From Verrucomicrobiota bacterium (GTDB lineage: Bacteria; Verrucomicrobiota; Verrucomicrobiia; Limisphaerales; JANNEF01), in NCBI GenBank assembly GCA_031378375.1, contig JANNEF010000288.1:24186-88185 (forward strand): a stretch of 64,000 nucleotides of DNA, given 5' to 3'. This document shows, piece by piece, positions 10,103 to 20,798 of this stretch (position 1 is the first letter of the stretch; every line of letters starts with the position of its first letter). The notes beneath the pieces are model-generated. The model was not told the origin of the DNA. It ran no database searches and saw only the letters and a list, made by a program, of their open reading frames with translations. The translations under genes and the position numbers were made by a program.

Positions 10103-10125
10103 CGGCCGGCAAGATCATGGCCAGA

Positions 10126-10330
10126 GCTGCTCTAAAGTCCGAAGGCCGAAATCCGAATTCCGAAAGAAATCCGAAACCCGAACTCCGGGACGCGTTCCGT
10201 GACCGCTTGAGTTTCCATCCGCCGGCGGGGGGGGGCTTTTCGGATTTCGGTCTTCGGCCTTCTTTCGGATTTCGGGTTTCGGGTTTCGGATTTTATCCTC
10301 CGCGCAGAGTCACGCGGACTTTAGCGCAGC
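10126..10330. repeat. About 205-bp imperfect palindrome (REP-like) built from short TCCGAAA / TTTCGGA units, just downstream of LTD-CotH A
   Basis: Left arm gctgctctaaagtccgaaggccgaaatccgaattccgaaagaaatccgaaacccgaa. Right arm ttcggatttcggtcttcggccttctttcggatttcgggtttcgggtttcgga...cggactttagcgcagc. The outer ends (gctgc-ctaaagtccg / cggactttag-gcagc) are reverse complements. G-run centre. Confidence 0.8.
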
Positions 10331-10390
10331 CGTGTTTCATGGCGCGCTCCGGCGCTTCCCGCTTTGCAGAAGCGGCACGGCGCTGTTTAA

Positions 10391-11332
10391 TTGCGCCCTA
10401 TGCAAACTCGCTTACTCGGCAGGACCGGACTGCGACTGCCGGTGCTCGGTTTTGGCGCCTCGTCGCTCGGTCAGGAATTCCGCCCCGTGTCCCTCGACGA
10501 AGCCCTGCGCAGCGTGCGCACGGCGCTGGACTGCGGGCTGAACTTCATTGACACCTCACCGTTCTACGGGCGCGGCATGAGTGAAGTGTTGCTGGGCATC
10601 GCGCTGCGTGACGTGCCCCGCGAGACCTACACGCTCTGCACCAAACTCGGCCGCTACGACCTGACGCACTTCGACTTCTCCGCCAAACGTGTCGCCGAGA
10701 GCGTGGACGTGAGCCTGCACCGCCTCGGCACCGACCATCTGGACATCTGCCTCTGCCACGACATCGAGTTCGTGGACATGCAGCAAATCGTTGACGAAAC
10801 GCTCCCCGCGCTGCGGAAGATTCAGCAAGCCGGCAAGGTGCGCTTCATCGGCTTTAGCGGCTACCCGATGAAAGTTTTCAAATTCATCCTCGATCAGACA
10901 ACCGTGGATTGCGCGTTGAGCTACAACCAATACACGCTGCAAAACACGCGCTACGCTGACGAAATGGTCCCTTATCTCGAAGCCAAAGGTGTGGGAGTCC
11001 TCAACGCCGGTCCCTTCAGCGCCCGCCTGCTTACCAACGCGCCGCTCCCCCAGTGGCTCAAAGAACCGGAGGTCGTGAAAGCCGCCGCGCGCCACGCCGC
11101 CGCACATTGCGCGAAACGCGGCGTGGACATTGCCAAACTCGCGCTCCAATTCTCGCTGGCCAACCCCGCCATCACGAGCACTGTGGCCGGCAGCGCGAAT
11201 CCGGAGAACATCCGCAAGTGGGCGCAATGGGCCGCCGAACCGCTCGACACGCAATTGCTTGCCGAAGTGCTGGAGATTTTCCAACCGGTGAAAAACCTCG
11301 GTCACACGGAGGGACTGGCGGTGAACAATTGA
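10391..11332 (+). CDS. Aldo/keto reductase family oxidoreductase
   Basis: MQTRLLGRTGLRLPVLGFGASSLG, FIDTSPFYGRG, HLDICLCHDIE and VRFIGFSGY are typical AKR motifs. The start could be the second ATG at 10400. Confidence 0.85.
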   Translation: MRPMQTRLLGRTGLRLPVLGFGASSLGQEFRPVSLDEALRSVRTALDCGLNFIDTSPFYGRGMSEVLLGIALRDVPRETYTLCTKLGRYDLTHFDFSAKRVAESVDVSLHRLGTDHLDICLCHDIEFVDMQQIVDETLPALRKIQQAGKVRFIGFSGYPMKVFKFILDQTTVDCALSYNQYTLQNTRYADEMVPYLEAKGVGVLNAGPFSARLLTNAPLPQWLKEPEVVKAAARHAAAHCAKRGVDIAKLALQFSLANPAITSTVAGSANPENIRKWAQWAAEPLDTQLLAEVLEIFQPVKNLGHTEGLAVNN

Positions 11333-11509
11333 TCCCTGGCCGTCCGCCGGAAATGTGACCATACCCGGAATCATCGCCGGGGTCCGCCGACCTCCACTCA
11401 AATTCAAATTCCTGCCAGCAACGCCAACTGCGAAAACCATGCGCTGGCTTCCACCTGACTGGACGCGGCCAGCGTAAAGATCTCGAGCCAGCGCAAGGCG
11501 GCTCGGCCC

Positions 11510-12793
11510 TCAATCCTTCACCCAGCGTTTTGCCTTCATCTCAAAACGCGGCAGGCTGCCGGAAGGAACGGCGGTCACCGGCACCCGCAACGCCAGGGCG
11601 TGGTGCAGAGCACGCTCCAATTGTCGCACCAACGCGATCACGTCACCGCAGTTCACCGCCGGCTCGATTTTCAAAACCAGTTCTGTCAACGCCCGTCCGG
11701 CGCTGACACAGACCTGATATTCAGCGACGCCACCGACTGCGCGGATGATTTCCTCCACCGCGGCTGGATAAACATTCACACCGCGCACCACCACCATGTC
11801 GTCGGTGCGTCCGAGAATGCCGCCTTCGAGCGCCAGTTCGCTGCTCCCGCAGTCACAGACTTCACGCGCGGCTGATTGCACCAAATCCCCGGTACGATAG
11901 CGGAGCAGCGGCGATCCGGTGCGCCCCAGGTTGGTCAAAACCAGTTCCCCGTTGTGTCCGGGCGCGATGGCCCGCCCATTCACCGGATCGATCACCTCGG
12001 CGATGAATGCGTCTTCGAGCACGTGCAAGACGCCCGGCCGTACAGGGCATTCGTATGTCACCGGCCCGATTTCCGTCATGCCGTGATGGTCAAAGACGCG
12101 CGCGCCGCCCCAGGCTTCGCCAAGCCGCTGGCGGGTGGCGGGGATGCTGCCGCCAGGCTCGCCGGCGACATTGAGAATCCGCACCCGTGACGCGGACAAA
12201 TCGATCTGCTCGGCAACGGCCACTTCCGCCAGATGTAAGGCGTAGGTCGGCGTGCAGCAAAGCACGGTGGCGCCGTGATCAAGAATCGCGCGCACCCGCG
12301 CCACGCTCCCCATGCCGCCACCGGGCAGGCAGAGACAACCCAATCGCGCCCCCGCTTCGAATGCCAGCCAGAAGCCAAGAAACGGCCCGAACGAGAAGGC
12401 GAAAAAAATCCGATCTGCACTCGTCGTGCCGGCGAGACGATGAACCCGCTCCCAGTTGCGTACCATCCAGTCCCAACTTTCCGGCGTGTCGAGCCAGCGC
12501 AACGGCGCACCGCTGGTGCCGCTGGTCTGATGGCAGCGCGTGTAGCACGCAAGCGGGTAAGTCAGGTTCGTACCATAAGGCGGATTAGACAATTGGTCGG
12601 CGACCAGTTCGGATTTGAGCGTGAAAGGAATCTCTGCCGCGAACCCTTCCAGGGTGGAGAATTTCCCCGCCAAACCGTCGGGGATTTTTCGAGCGTAGAA
12701 GGAATTCGTCGGCAACACCTCCGCCAGTAACGCGCGCAGCCGACCGAATTGTGCGCGCGCGATGGCCGGACGTGTCGGCAAGACTTCGGGCAT
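11510..12793 (-). CDS. Phenylacetate-CoA ligase-like (PaaK/CapK/F390 synthetase family) adenylate-forming enzyme
   Basis: 427 aa. CHQTSGTSGAPLRW (AMP-binding P-loop-like), HHGMTEIGPV, YRTGDLV, GRTDDMVVVRGVNVYP. Confidence 0.8.
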   Translation of the reverse strand: MPEVLPTRPAIARAQFGRLRALLAEVLPTNSFYARKIPDGLAGKFSTLEGFAAEIPFTLKSELVADQLSNPPYGTNLTYPLACYTRCHQTSGTSGAPLRWLDTPESWDWMVRNWERVHRLAGTTSADRIFFAFSFGPFLGFWLAFEAGARLGCLCLPGGGMGSVARVRAILDHGATVLCCTPTYALHLAEVAVAEQIDLSASRVRILNVAGEPGGSIPATRQRLGEAWGGARVFDHHGMTEIGPVTYECPVRPGVLHVLEDAFIAEVIDPVNGRAIAPGHNGELVLTNLGRTGSPLLRYRTGDLVQSAAREVCDCGSSELALEGGILGRTDDMVVVRGVNVYPAAVEEIIRAVGGVAEYQVCVSAGRALTELVLKIEPAVNCGDVIALVRQLERALHHALALRVPVTAVPSGSLPRFEMKAKRWVKD

Positions 12794-12799
12794 GAGCCT

Positions 12800-13363
12800 T
12801 CAGCGTCCGTCGGGGCGCCCGGTGGAAACGGTCTGCGCGACGGCGGCGTTGGGTTTGGCGGGCGCGGGCGGGGCGGGCTTGTAGAACGTCACCAGGCACC
12901 CCCCCAACGCCGCCAGCGCGATGCCGAGGAAAAATTGCGGCTTGATCCCGCCCCACCCGCCGGCGGGCGGATGCGCGAGAATCGCGTACAGCGCGTTCAC
13001 CACTGGTGCGCCCGCGAACACGATGGACATGACGACCGCCGGGGTGCCTTTGGCACCGAAGGCCAGCAGCACACCCAGCGCGCCAATCGCACCGACGGTG
13101 CCGGCGATGAGCGACCACCACAATCCTTTGGCCGGAAAGGTCCAACTCGCGCCCTTCGCCGCGAGAATCGCCAGCGGCGCGAGCACGGCGGTGAGAAAAT
13201 AGGCGACCCCCACGAACAGAAACGCCTTGATCCGCCCGTTGACTGGATCGGCCATGCCCATCGTCCCCGTATGCAGGAACACGCCATAGACGCCCCACGA
13301 CACGACGGTGAGCAACGCAAAAGCCAGCCAGGTTGAACCCGGTGAATGAGGATTGTCAGCCAT
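12800..13363 (-). CDS. Small polytopic membrane protein (DMT/EamA-like half-size)
   Basis: 187 aa with about 5 hydrophobic helices. Sits 7 nt upstream of the PaaK-like gene on the same strand. Pro/Ala-rich C-terminal tail. Confidence 0.65.
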   Translation of the reverse strand: MADNPHSPGSTWLAFALLTVVSWGVYGVFLHTGTMGMADPVNGRIKAFLFVGVAYFLTAVLAPLAILAAKGASWTFPAKGLWWSLIAGTVGAIGALGVLLAFGAKGTPAVVMSIVFAGAPVVNALYAILAHPPAGGWGGIKPQFFLGIALAALGGCLVTFYKPAPPAPAKPNAAVAQTVSTGRPDGR

Positions 13364-13487
13364 AAGTGCGACGACCTTAACGGCGAGCCGGCTTTACTTC
13401 AACCGGTTTGTCAGACTACGCTCACTCCATGCTGTGCGCAGTGAAGTGGAAGTGGACGGCCTGCGTCGAACTTGCGTGGCGCACAGT

Positions 13488-13940
13488 ATGAATCATTTCC
13501 TTATGAAACCTTTCACGGGATTGCTCTTTTTGCTGGCCGGCCTGTTGGTGACCGGCTGCACCAGGAGCACCGTTCAAACCCGCAAGCAGGAGCGGCCCGA
13601 TGCCTATGCCGGGCTGGCCGCTGATTTCAAGGGCGCAGTGGACGCCGGCAGGATCAGAGTGGGCATGCCGGCGGACGCGGTTTATCTCGCCTGGGGCAAG
13701 CCTGCGCAAATTCTCACCGGCGAATCTTCCAAGGGCGCGACCACCACCTGGCTCTACCACGGCACACACCTCGTCTCCTACCGCTACTGGAGCCAGCGCA
13801 GTTACTGCGTCGGGGATCGCTGGTATTCCCAGCCGTACCTGGAGCACGACTATCTGCCGCGCGCCTACGTGCGGGCGGAAGTGGTCTTTGAAAACGGCGC
13901 GGTGAAAGAGTGGCGAAGCCTGCCACAACCGAGCGACTGA
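13488..13940 (+). CDS. Lipoprotein (SmpA/OmlA-like motif)
   Basis: Internal ATG of ORF 13353..13940 gives MNHFLMKPFTGLLFLLAGLLVTGC (signal peptide plus lipobox). GMPADAVYLAWGKP motif. Confidence 0.7.
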   Translation: MNHFLMKPFTGLLFLLAGLLVTGCTRSTVQTRKQERPDAYAGLAADFKGAVDAGRIRVGMPADAVYLAWGKPAQILTGESSKGATTTWLYHGTHLVSYRYWSQRSYCVGDRWYSQPYLEHDYLPRAYVRAEVVFENGAVKEWRSLPQPSD

Positions 13941-13963
13941 ACCGGATTCGACGCCAGCTCGCG

Positions 13964-14371
13964 CTACTTGCGCCGGCGTCGCTTTACATTCAGTTGCGTC
14001 AGCGAATGGGCCAGGGCAGCACTGACCATCGCGGATTCCTCGTCGGACAACTTCTCCTGGAGGCGGGCTTCAGCTCGCTTGCGGGCTTCCTCCGCCTTCA
14101 TCTCGTCGATGTCATCAGCCTTAATCGCCATGTCGGTCAGCACGGCGACACGGTTGCCGGTGATTTCCACAAAGCCTTCGCCGATGGCGAGAAAGTGGTC
14201 CTGGCCGTTCTTGCGTGCGACGAGTTCACCGGAGCTGATTTGGGTCATCAGCGGGACGTGCATCGGGTAGATACCCATCTCGCCTTCGACCCCGGGAAGC
14301 GTGACCATGTCCACATCTTCGGAGTAAATCTTTGCCTCCGGCGTGACAATTTCTAGTTTGAGTGTGGCCAT
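13964..14371 (-). CDS. atpC: F1 ATP synthase subunit epsilon
   Basis: MATLKLEIVTPEAKIYSEDVDMVTLPGVEGEMGIYPMHVPLMT. Last gene of the atp operon. Confidence 0.95.
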   Translation of the reverse strand: MATLKLEIVTPEAKIYSEDVDMVTLPGVEGEMGIYPMHVPLMTQISSGELVARKNGQDHFLAIGEGFVEITGNRVAVLTDMAIKADDIDEMKAEEARKRAEARLQEKLSDEESAMVSAALAHSLTQLNVKRRRRK

Positions 14372-14385
14372 GGTTCAGCGATGGA

Positions 14386-15852
<1,467 letters not shown>

Positions 15853-16731
15853 TTAGCCCATCGCCATCTGGGCGGTGGTGATTTCCAAAAGTTCCTTGGT
15901 GATGTTCGCCTGCCGCAGTTTGTTGTATTCGAGCGTCAGGTCTTTGATGAGCTGCTTGGCGTTGTCGGTGGCGTTCTTCATCGCGACCATGCGCGAGCTG
16001 TGCTCGGAGGCCTTGGCTTCGAGCAAGAACTGGAAGACCTGGAAGTTGACGTAATGCGGGAGCAGGTTGCCAAGCACATCCGCCGCATTCGGCTCAAAGA
16101 GATATTCCACGTCACTCTTGCCGAGTTCGCCGCCAGCGCTTTCACCCGTCAAATCCGCCTCCAGCGCCGCAAGCTTGCCAATCGGCAGAATCTGGCGAAC
16201 CTCCGGCTTCTGCGAAAGCGTGTTGATGAAATTGGTATAAAGCACGTCCACGCGATCCACTTCCCCCTTCAGGAACAGATCCTGGGCGAATTTCGAAATG
16301 GCCCGCGCTTCGGCGAACTGTGGGTTGTCCTTGTAGCTGAATTCCGCAGCCAGGTTGCGCTTGGTGCGATGAACAAACTGAGCGCCCTTCTTGCCCGCGC
16401 AGACGTAAACGGTGGTGTCCAAGTCGAACCGGCCCGCCTCGCGGAGCAAGTTCGAGTTGAGCGCGCCACACAGCCCCTTGTCGGTGCTGACGACAATCAC
16501 TGCGCGCTTTTTGCCCTCGCGCTTCTCGATCAGCGGATGGGTGAAGTCGCCCGCCCCCGCGCTTACCGCCGCGAGCACATCATTCATCAACATCGCATAG
16601 GGCCGCCCCGCCAGGGCGGCGAGCTGCGCCTTGCGCATCTTCGACGACGCGACCATCTGCATCGCCCGCGTGATTTGCGCCGTGTTCTTGACCGACTTGA
16701 TGCGTCGGCGGATGTCGCGTGTGCTGGCCAT
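15853..16731 (-). CDS. atpG: F1 ATP synthase subunit gamma
   Basis: MASTRDIRRRIKSVKNTAQITRAMQMVASSKMRKAQ ... ITKELLEITTAQMAMG. Confidence 0.95.
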   Translation of the reverse strand: MASTRDIRRRIKSVKNTAQITRAMQMVASSKMRKAQLAALAGRPYAMLMNDVLAAVSAGAGDFTHPLIEKREGKKRAVIVVSTDKGLCGALNSNLLREAGRFDLDTTVYVCAGKKGAQFVHRTKRNLAAEFSYKDNPQFAEARAISKFAQDLFLKGEVDRVDVLYTNFINTLSQKPEVRQILPIGKLAALEADLTGESAGGELGKSDVEYLFEPNAADVLGNLLPHYVNFQVFQFLLEAKASEHSSRMVAMKNATDNAKQLIKDLTLEYNKLRQANITKELLEITTAQMAMG

Positions 16732-16759
16732 GGATGGTTACGCGTTGGCGTGGCTCCGA

Positions 16760-18286
16760 TTACCGATACGTCTGTTTGAACTCGCCCACCGCAGCCTTCA
16801 GGTCGGCGGCCAGCGCGTCGTTGATCGCACCCTCTTTGCGCACCCGATCGAGCAACGCCTGCTTGCGGGTGGAAAGAAACTCGGTGAGCTTGTTCCGAAA
16901 ATCCTTCACCTTCTCGACCGCCACATCGTCGAGGAAAGCGTTCTGCATCGCCCAGAGCACGGTGGCCTGCACCTCGACCGGCAGCGGTTTGTATTGGTTC
17001 TGCTTGAACAGTTCGACGATGCGTTTGCCGCGCTCAAGGATCGACTGCGTCTTCGCGTCGAGGTCGGATCCGAACTGCGCGAACGCCGCCAACTCACGGT
17101 ATTGCGCCAGGTCACCCTTGATACGACCGGCAACCTGCTTCATCGCCTTGATCTGCGCGGCGGAACCGACACGAGAGACGGAGAGACCGACGGAAATAGC
17201 CGGCCGCACACCCTGGTAGAACAAATCGGTTTCGAGATAAATCTGCCCGTCGGTGATCGAGATGACGTTCGTCGGAATGTAGGCCGAAACGTCGCCGGCC
17301 TGCGTTTCGATGATGGGCAGCGCGGTGAGCGAGCCGTTGCCGTTCTTCTCGTTCACCCGCGCCGAGCGCTCGAGCAGACGGCTGTGCAAATAAAACACGT
17401 CGCCCGGATACGCTTCGCGGCCAGACGGACGCTTGAGCACCAGCGACACCTGACGATAGGCGACCGCCTGCTTGGAAAGATCGTCGTAGATGATGAGCGC
17501 GTCCATGCCGTTATCCATGAACCATTCGCCCATCGAAGCCCCGGAGAACGGAGCGAGATACTGCGCAGCAGCGGGAGAGTCCGCGCCGGCGGCAACCACG
17601 ATCGTGTACTCCATCGCCCCAGCTTTCTCCAACTCGGCGATGACGCGCGCGATGTTCGACTGCTTCTGACCGATCGCCACGTAGATGTTATAGACCGGAC
17701 GAAAACCCGGTTCGTTGGCATTCTGTTTGTTGATGAGGGCCTGGTTGATCATCGTGTCCACGCCGATGGTCGTCTTGCCCGTCGAACGGTCGCCGATGAT
17801 CAACTCGCGCTGGCCGCGCCCAATCGGAATCATCGCGTCAATGGCCATGATGCCGGTTTGAATCGGCTGGCTGACCGATTTGCGTTTGATGATGCCCGGC
17901 GCGATTTTCTCGACCGGATAAAAGGCGGTTTCCTTGATTGGCCCCTTGCCATCCACAGGCTGGCCGAGCGTGTCCACGACGCGGCCGAGCAGGCCCTTGC
18001 CCACGGGCACGGAGAGCAGCTTGCCGGTCGTCTTGACCTCGGTGCCTTCGCGGATGGCGAGATAATCGCCCAGCACGATGGCGCCAACCTCGGTTTCTTC
18101 GAGGTTCAGAGCGATGCCGATGACCCCGTTGCCGAAGTCGAGCATCTCATTGAGCATCGCGTCGGTGAGGCCCTCGATTTTGGCCACGCCGTCGGAGATT
18201 TCGCGGACGGTGCCGACGTTCTGTTTCGCCACCGACGTTTTCACGCCGGCGATCTGGGCTTCGATTTCCTGGAGAATTGAACTCAT
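16760..18286 (-). CDS. atpA: F1 ATP synthase subunit alpha
   Basis: GDRSTGKT Walker A; conserved alpha-subunit sequence throughout. Confidence 0.98.
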   Translation of the reverse strand: MSSILQEIEAQIAGVKTSVAKQNVGTVREISDGVAKIEGLTDAMLNEMLDFGNGVIGIALNLEETEVGAIVLGDYLAIREGTEVKTTGKLLSVPVGKGLLGRVVDTLGQPVDGKGPIKETAFYPVEKIAPGIIKRKSVSQPIQTGIMAIDAMIPIGRGQRELIIGDRSTGKTTIGVDTMINQALINKQNANEPGFRPVYNIYVAIGQKQSNIARVIAELEKAGAMEYTIVVAAGADSPAAAQYLAPFSGASMGEWFMDNGMDALIIYDDLSKQAVAYRQVSLVLKRPSGREAYPGDVFYLHSRLLERSARVNEKNGNGSLTALPIIETQAGDVSAYIPTNVISITDGQIYLETDLFYQGVRPAISVGLSVSRVGSAAQIKAMKQVAGRIKGDLAQYRELAAFAQFGSDLDAKTQSILERGKRIVELFKQNQYKPLPVEVQATVLWAMQNAFLDDVAVEKVKDFRNKLTEFLSTRKQALLDRVRKEGAINDALAADLKAAVGEFKQTYR

Positions 18287-18318
18287 AATCTGTCTGGAAT
18301 TATCAAATCACTGCGGTG

Positions 18319-18711
18319 CTAAAAACTCTCGGCCAATGCGTTGAGGCGTGCCTGCACGCTGCCATCGAACACGTCGCTTCCAACCTTGATGCGCATCCCG
18401 CCAAGCAGCGCGGCGTTCTGCGAATACGAAAGAATCAATCCGGCTCCGTAACGTCCCACAAGGTTCGCCTCGACTGATGCCTGCTGCGCCGCCGACAGCT
18501 GCACCGCGCTCTCGACGCGCGCCGTGCGGCGGTCGAGGTCGAGCTTCACCAGTCGCTGGAAATGCGACAGGATGCCGAAGTAGCCGCGCGGCTTCTGCGC
18601 AATGACGGCCCGTACGGTCTGGCTGACCTTTGCCCCGTCGAGCAGTCCGTTGACGCGGCAGATCTGAAAAAGCTGCTTGGCGTCGCGGCGGGCTTGTTTG
18701 GAAATCTTCAC
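18319..18711 (-). CDS. atpH: F1 ATP synthase subunit delta (OSCP), unusually short at 130 aa
   Basis: ARRDAKQLFQ N-terminal motif and LLGGMRIKVGSDVFDGSVQARLNAL C-terminal OSCP motif. Only 26 nt separate it from the atpF stop, so no longer form is possible. Confidence 0.85.
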   Translation of the reverse strand: MKISKQARRDAKQLFQICRVNGLLDGAKVSQTVRAVIAQKPRGYFGILSHFQRLVKLDLDRRTARVESAVQLSAAQQASVEANLVGRYGAGLILSYSQNAALLGGMRIKVGSDVFDGSVQARLNALAESF

Positions 18712-18737
18712 GAGGCGTGAAACGTGATGCGCGGCGA

Positions 18738-19292
18738 TTAGGCGGCCACCTGGCGGTTGGCTTCCTCGGCAAGACGCTGTTGATCGTCGGGGGTAAGCAC
18801 TTTGCCGGCGACTTTGCTGGTGGTGGAAACGACGAGTCGCCCGACTTCGCGGCGCAAATCGACCAACATGCGGACGTGCTCGGCGTCAGCGGCCTGACGG
18901 GCTTTGGCCATGATGTCGGCAGCCTGGGCGACGGCTTTCTGCGTTTCGGCCTCCTGCACCTTGGCGGCGGCGGCGCGGGCGTCTTCGATCATTTTATTCG
19001 CCTGCGCGTTGGCCTGGTTGAGAATTTCCTGAACCTTCACCTGCGCGCTGGCGAGTTCCAGGCGGGCCTTCTCGGCGCTGGCCAACCCTTCGACGATGCG
19101 CTGCTTGCGCTCGTCAAGAACTTTGAGCAGCGGGCCATAGGCGAATTTTTTCAACGCCACGGCGACGATCACAAACGTGATCACCTGCGAGAAGAACAGG
19201 GTGGGAGTCCAGCCGAATTGACGGGTGATCTGCTGAACAGTGCCTTCACCAGCAGGAGCGGCGGCGGCGGCGAGCATCAGGAACTGGGTCAT
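18738..19292 (-). CDS. atpF: Fo ATP synthase subunit b
   Basis: One N-terminal TM helix followed by a long Ala/Glu/Lys/Gln-rich helix. Positioned between atpE and atpH. Confidence 0.9.
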   Translation of the reverse strand: MTQFLMLAAAAAPAGEGTVQQITRQFGWTPTLFFSQVITFVIVAVALKKFAYGPLLKVLDERKQRIVEGLASAEKARLELASAQVKVQEILNQANAQANKMIEDARAAAAKVQEAETQKAVAQAADIMAKARQAADAEHVRMLVDLRREVGRLVVSTTSKVAGKVLTPDDQQRLAEEANRQVAA

Positions 19293-19316
19293 AAACTTAA
19301 ACGATCGTTAGCGAAG

Positions 19317-19343
19317 AAGGCGGGGCCGAAACGACCCCGCCTT
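19317..19343 (-). other. Intercistronic GC-rich stem-loop between atpE and atpF
   Basis: aaggcgggg / ccccgcctt 9-bp stem, 5 nt after the atpE stop. Weak T tract, so more likely an mRNA-stability or attenuation element than a full terminator. Confidence 0.4.
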
Positions 19344-19348
19344 CCAGG

Positions 19349-19567
19349 TTACTGTCCTTTTGCAAGGAAGATGGCGAAGAACACAACGCCTTCCGCCAGG
19401 GCGGCGAAGATGATTGCCATGTTCCGGATTTCACCGGCGGCGCCCGGATTGCGTCCGGTCGCTTCGGCGGCCTTCATGCCGATGATGCCCACACCGATGG
19501 CCGAGCCGACGGCGGCCAGACCGATGTGCAGACTTCCCGACATTTCAGCGAGCATAGGTGCCAACAT
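19349..19567 (-). CDS. atpE: Fo ATP synthase subunit c
   Basis: Internal ATG of ORF 19349..19663 gives a 72-aa hairpin protein MLAPMLAEMSGSLHIGLAAVGSAIGVGIIGMKAAEATGRNPGAAGEIRNMAIIFAALAEGVVFFAIFLAKGQ (GxGxGxG helix 1, carboxylate E in helix 2). GAAAGG RBS upstream. Confidence 0.9.
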   Translation of the reverse strand: MLAPMLAEMSGSLHIGLAAVGSAIGVGIIGMKAAEATGRNPGAAGEIRNMAIIFAALAEGVVFFAIFLAKGQ

Positions 19568-19638
19568 ATTTTTACCTTTCGTTTTGTTTTCCCCGACAGC
19601 CCCCGCGGTTTGCCCACGATCCGGCTGCCGAAATCGTT

Positions 19639-20589
19639 CTAATGTTTGTGATCGTGCGCGCAATCTCCGTGGCCATGATCATCGCCGTGTTGCTGGCACA
19701 TGAGCGCGGTAAAGACCGCCGTCAACAGCGTGAAAACCAGTGCCTGCACGAGGCCGACCAAGAGTTCCAAAAAATAGAAGGGCAGCGGCAGCAGCCAGCC
19801 AAACCAAGTTCCGCCGAGATGCGCCATCGCTTCCAAGATGTTTTCACCGGCGAAGATATTGCCGAACAAACGGAAACTCAGCGACACCGGCCGGAACAGA
19901 ATGGAAATGACCTCGATCACGCCGACGAAGAAAAACACGGCGATCATGAACAGTTTCATGAACCCGCTCCCCCCGCCCTGCGCGCCGAAGATGTGTTTGA
20001 GAAAGCCGCCCACGCCCAGCGCCTGCAACGCCCACACCGTCCACAGCACGAAGAACAGCAGCGCCATCGCCGAAGTCATGTTCAGATCCGCGTTGCCGCC
20101 GCGCAACAGCGGTTCGGTCAGGTGGAAATGGCCCGCCGCGTCCGAATGCCCCCAACCCACCGTGCCGACACCCGGGATCAGCCCGAACCAGTTCGTGAAC
20201 AAAATGAAAATGAACAGCGACGCGAAGAACCAGAACGTCTTCTTGACCAACCCGTGACCCAGCAAGCCTTCCAGAAAATTGTAGAGGCTCTCGACCAGAT
20301 ACTCCCAGAAATTCTGCCCGCCGTCCGGCACCAACTTCACGTTCCGGGTCGCCAACTGCGCAAACACGATCAGCAGCAACGCGACCGACACGGTCACGAC
20401 CATCGAACTGCTGATTTGGAAGAGGCCGAAATCCTTGATGATCGGCGCCGCCGGAGGCAGGCCGCTGCTCGCGTGCGCGGCAACAACCTTATCGGCGTCC
20501 GCCCCGAGCGCCGGCATGTCAGCCGCCCCGCCGGAAAAAGCCGCGCCAGCCAACAACGCCATCACGAAAATTGTTTTTATGAATCGCAT
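19639..20589 (-). CDS. atpB: Fo ATP synthase subunit a, with a His/Asp/Cys-rich C-terminal tail
   Basis: Conserved SLSFRLFGNIFAGE (essential Arg) motif. Start taken at MRFIKT (20589); the ORF track start at 20610 is also possible. Ends ...MCQQHGDDHGHGDCAHDHKH. Confidence 0.9.
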   Translation of the reverse strand: MRFIKTIFVMALLAGAAFSGGAADMPALGADADKVVAAHASSGLPPAAPIIKDFGLFQISSSMVVTVSVALLLIVFAQLATRNVKLVPDGGQNFWEYLVESLYNFLEGLLGHGLVKKTFWFFASLFIFILFTNWFGLIPGVGTVGWGHSDAAGHFHLTEPLLRGGNADLNMTSAMALLFFVLWTVWALQALGVGGFLKHIFGAQGGGSGFMKLFMIAVFFFVGVIEVISILFRPVSLSFRLFGNIFAGENILEAMAHLGGTWFGWLLPLPFYFLELLVGLVQALVFTLLTAVFTALMCQQHGDDHGHGDCAHDHKH

Positions 20590-20689
20590 CGCGATACTAC
20601 CGCAAACCAACCGCAGGAACGCCAGTCCCCGCTCTGAAAACCTTTCCCGCCTGGGTGGGACCGGAAAAGCGGACGAGAAATTGACCGAA

Positions 20690-20705
20690 CGTGAAATTTT
20701 TCACA
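20690..20705. promoter_or_regulatory. CRP/FNR-type palindrome cGTGA-N6-TCACA upstream of atpB
   Basis: cgtgaaatttttcaca, 15 of 16 positions symmetric. Centre is about 90-110 bp upstream of the atpB start, in the 188-bp gap after the upstream gene. Confidence 0.4.
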
Positions 20706-20798
20706 AGGGTTTTTTGCAAATAATTTCCGAGGTCGGCGCGCGGCGATGTAACGCCCTGCAAACCGTGTTTTTATGGCTCGACGACGACAGAAAACACC

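Noticed and set aside
10117-10551. 144-aa ORF starting inside the palindromic repeat (translates as ...SEGRNPNSERNPKPE...FGLRPSFGFRVSGFGF...).
   Set aside because: The translation reflects the micro-repeats and their complement, and it overlaps the well-supported aldo/keto reductase in another frame.
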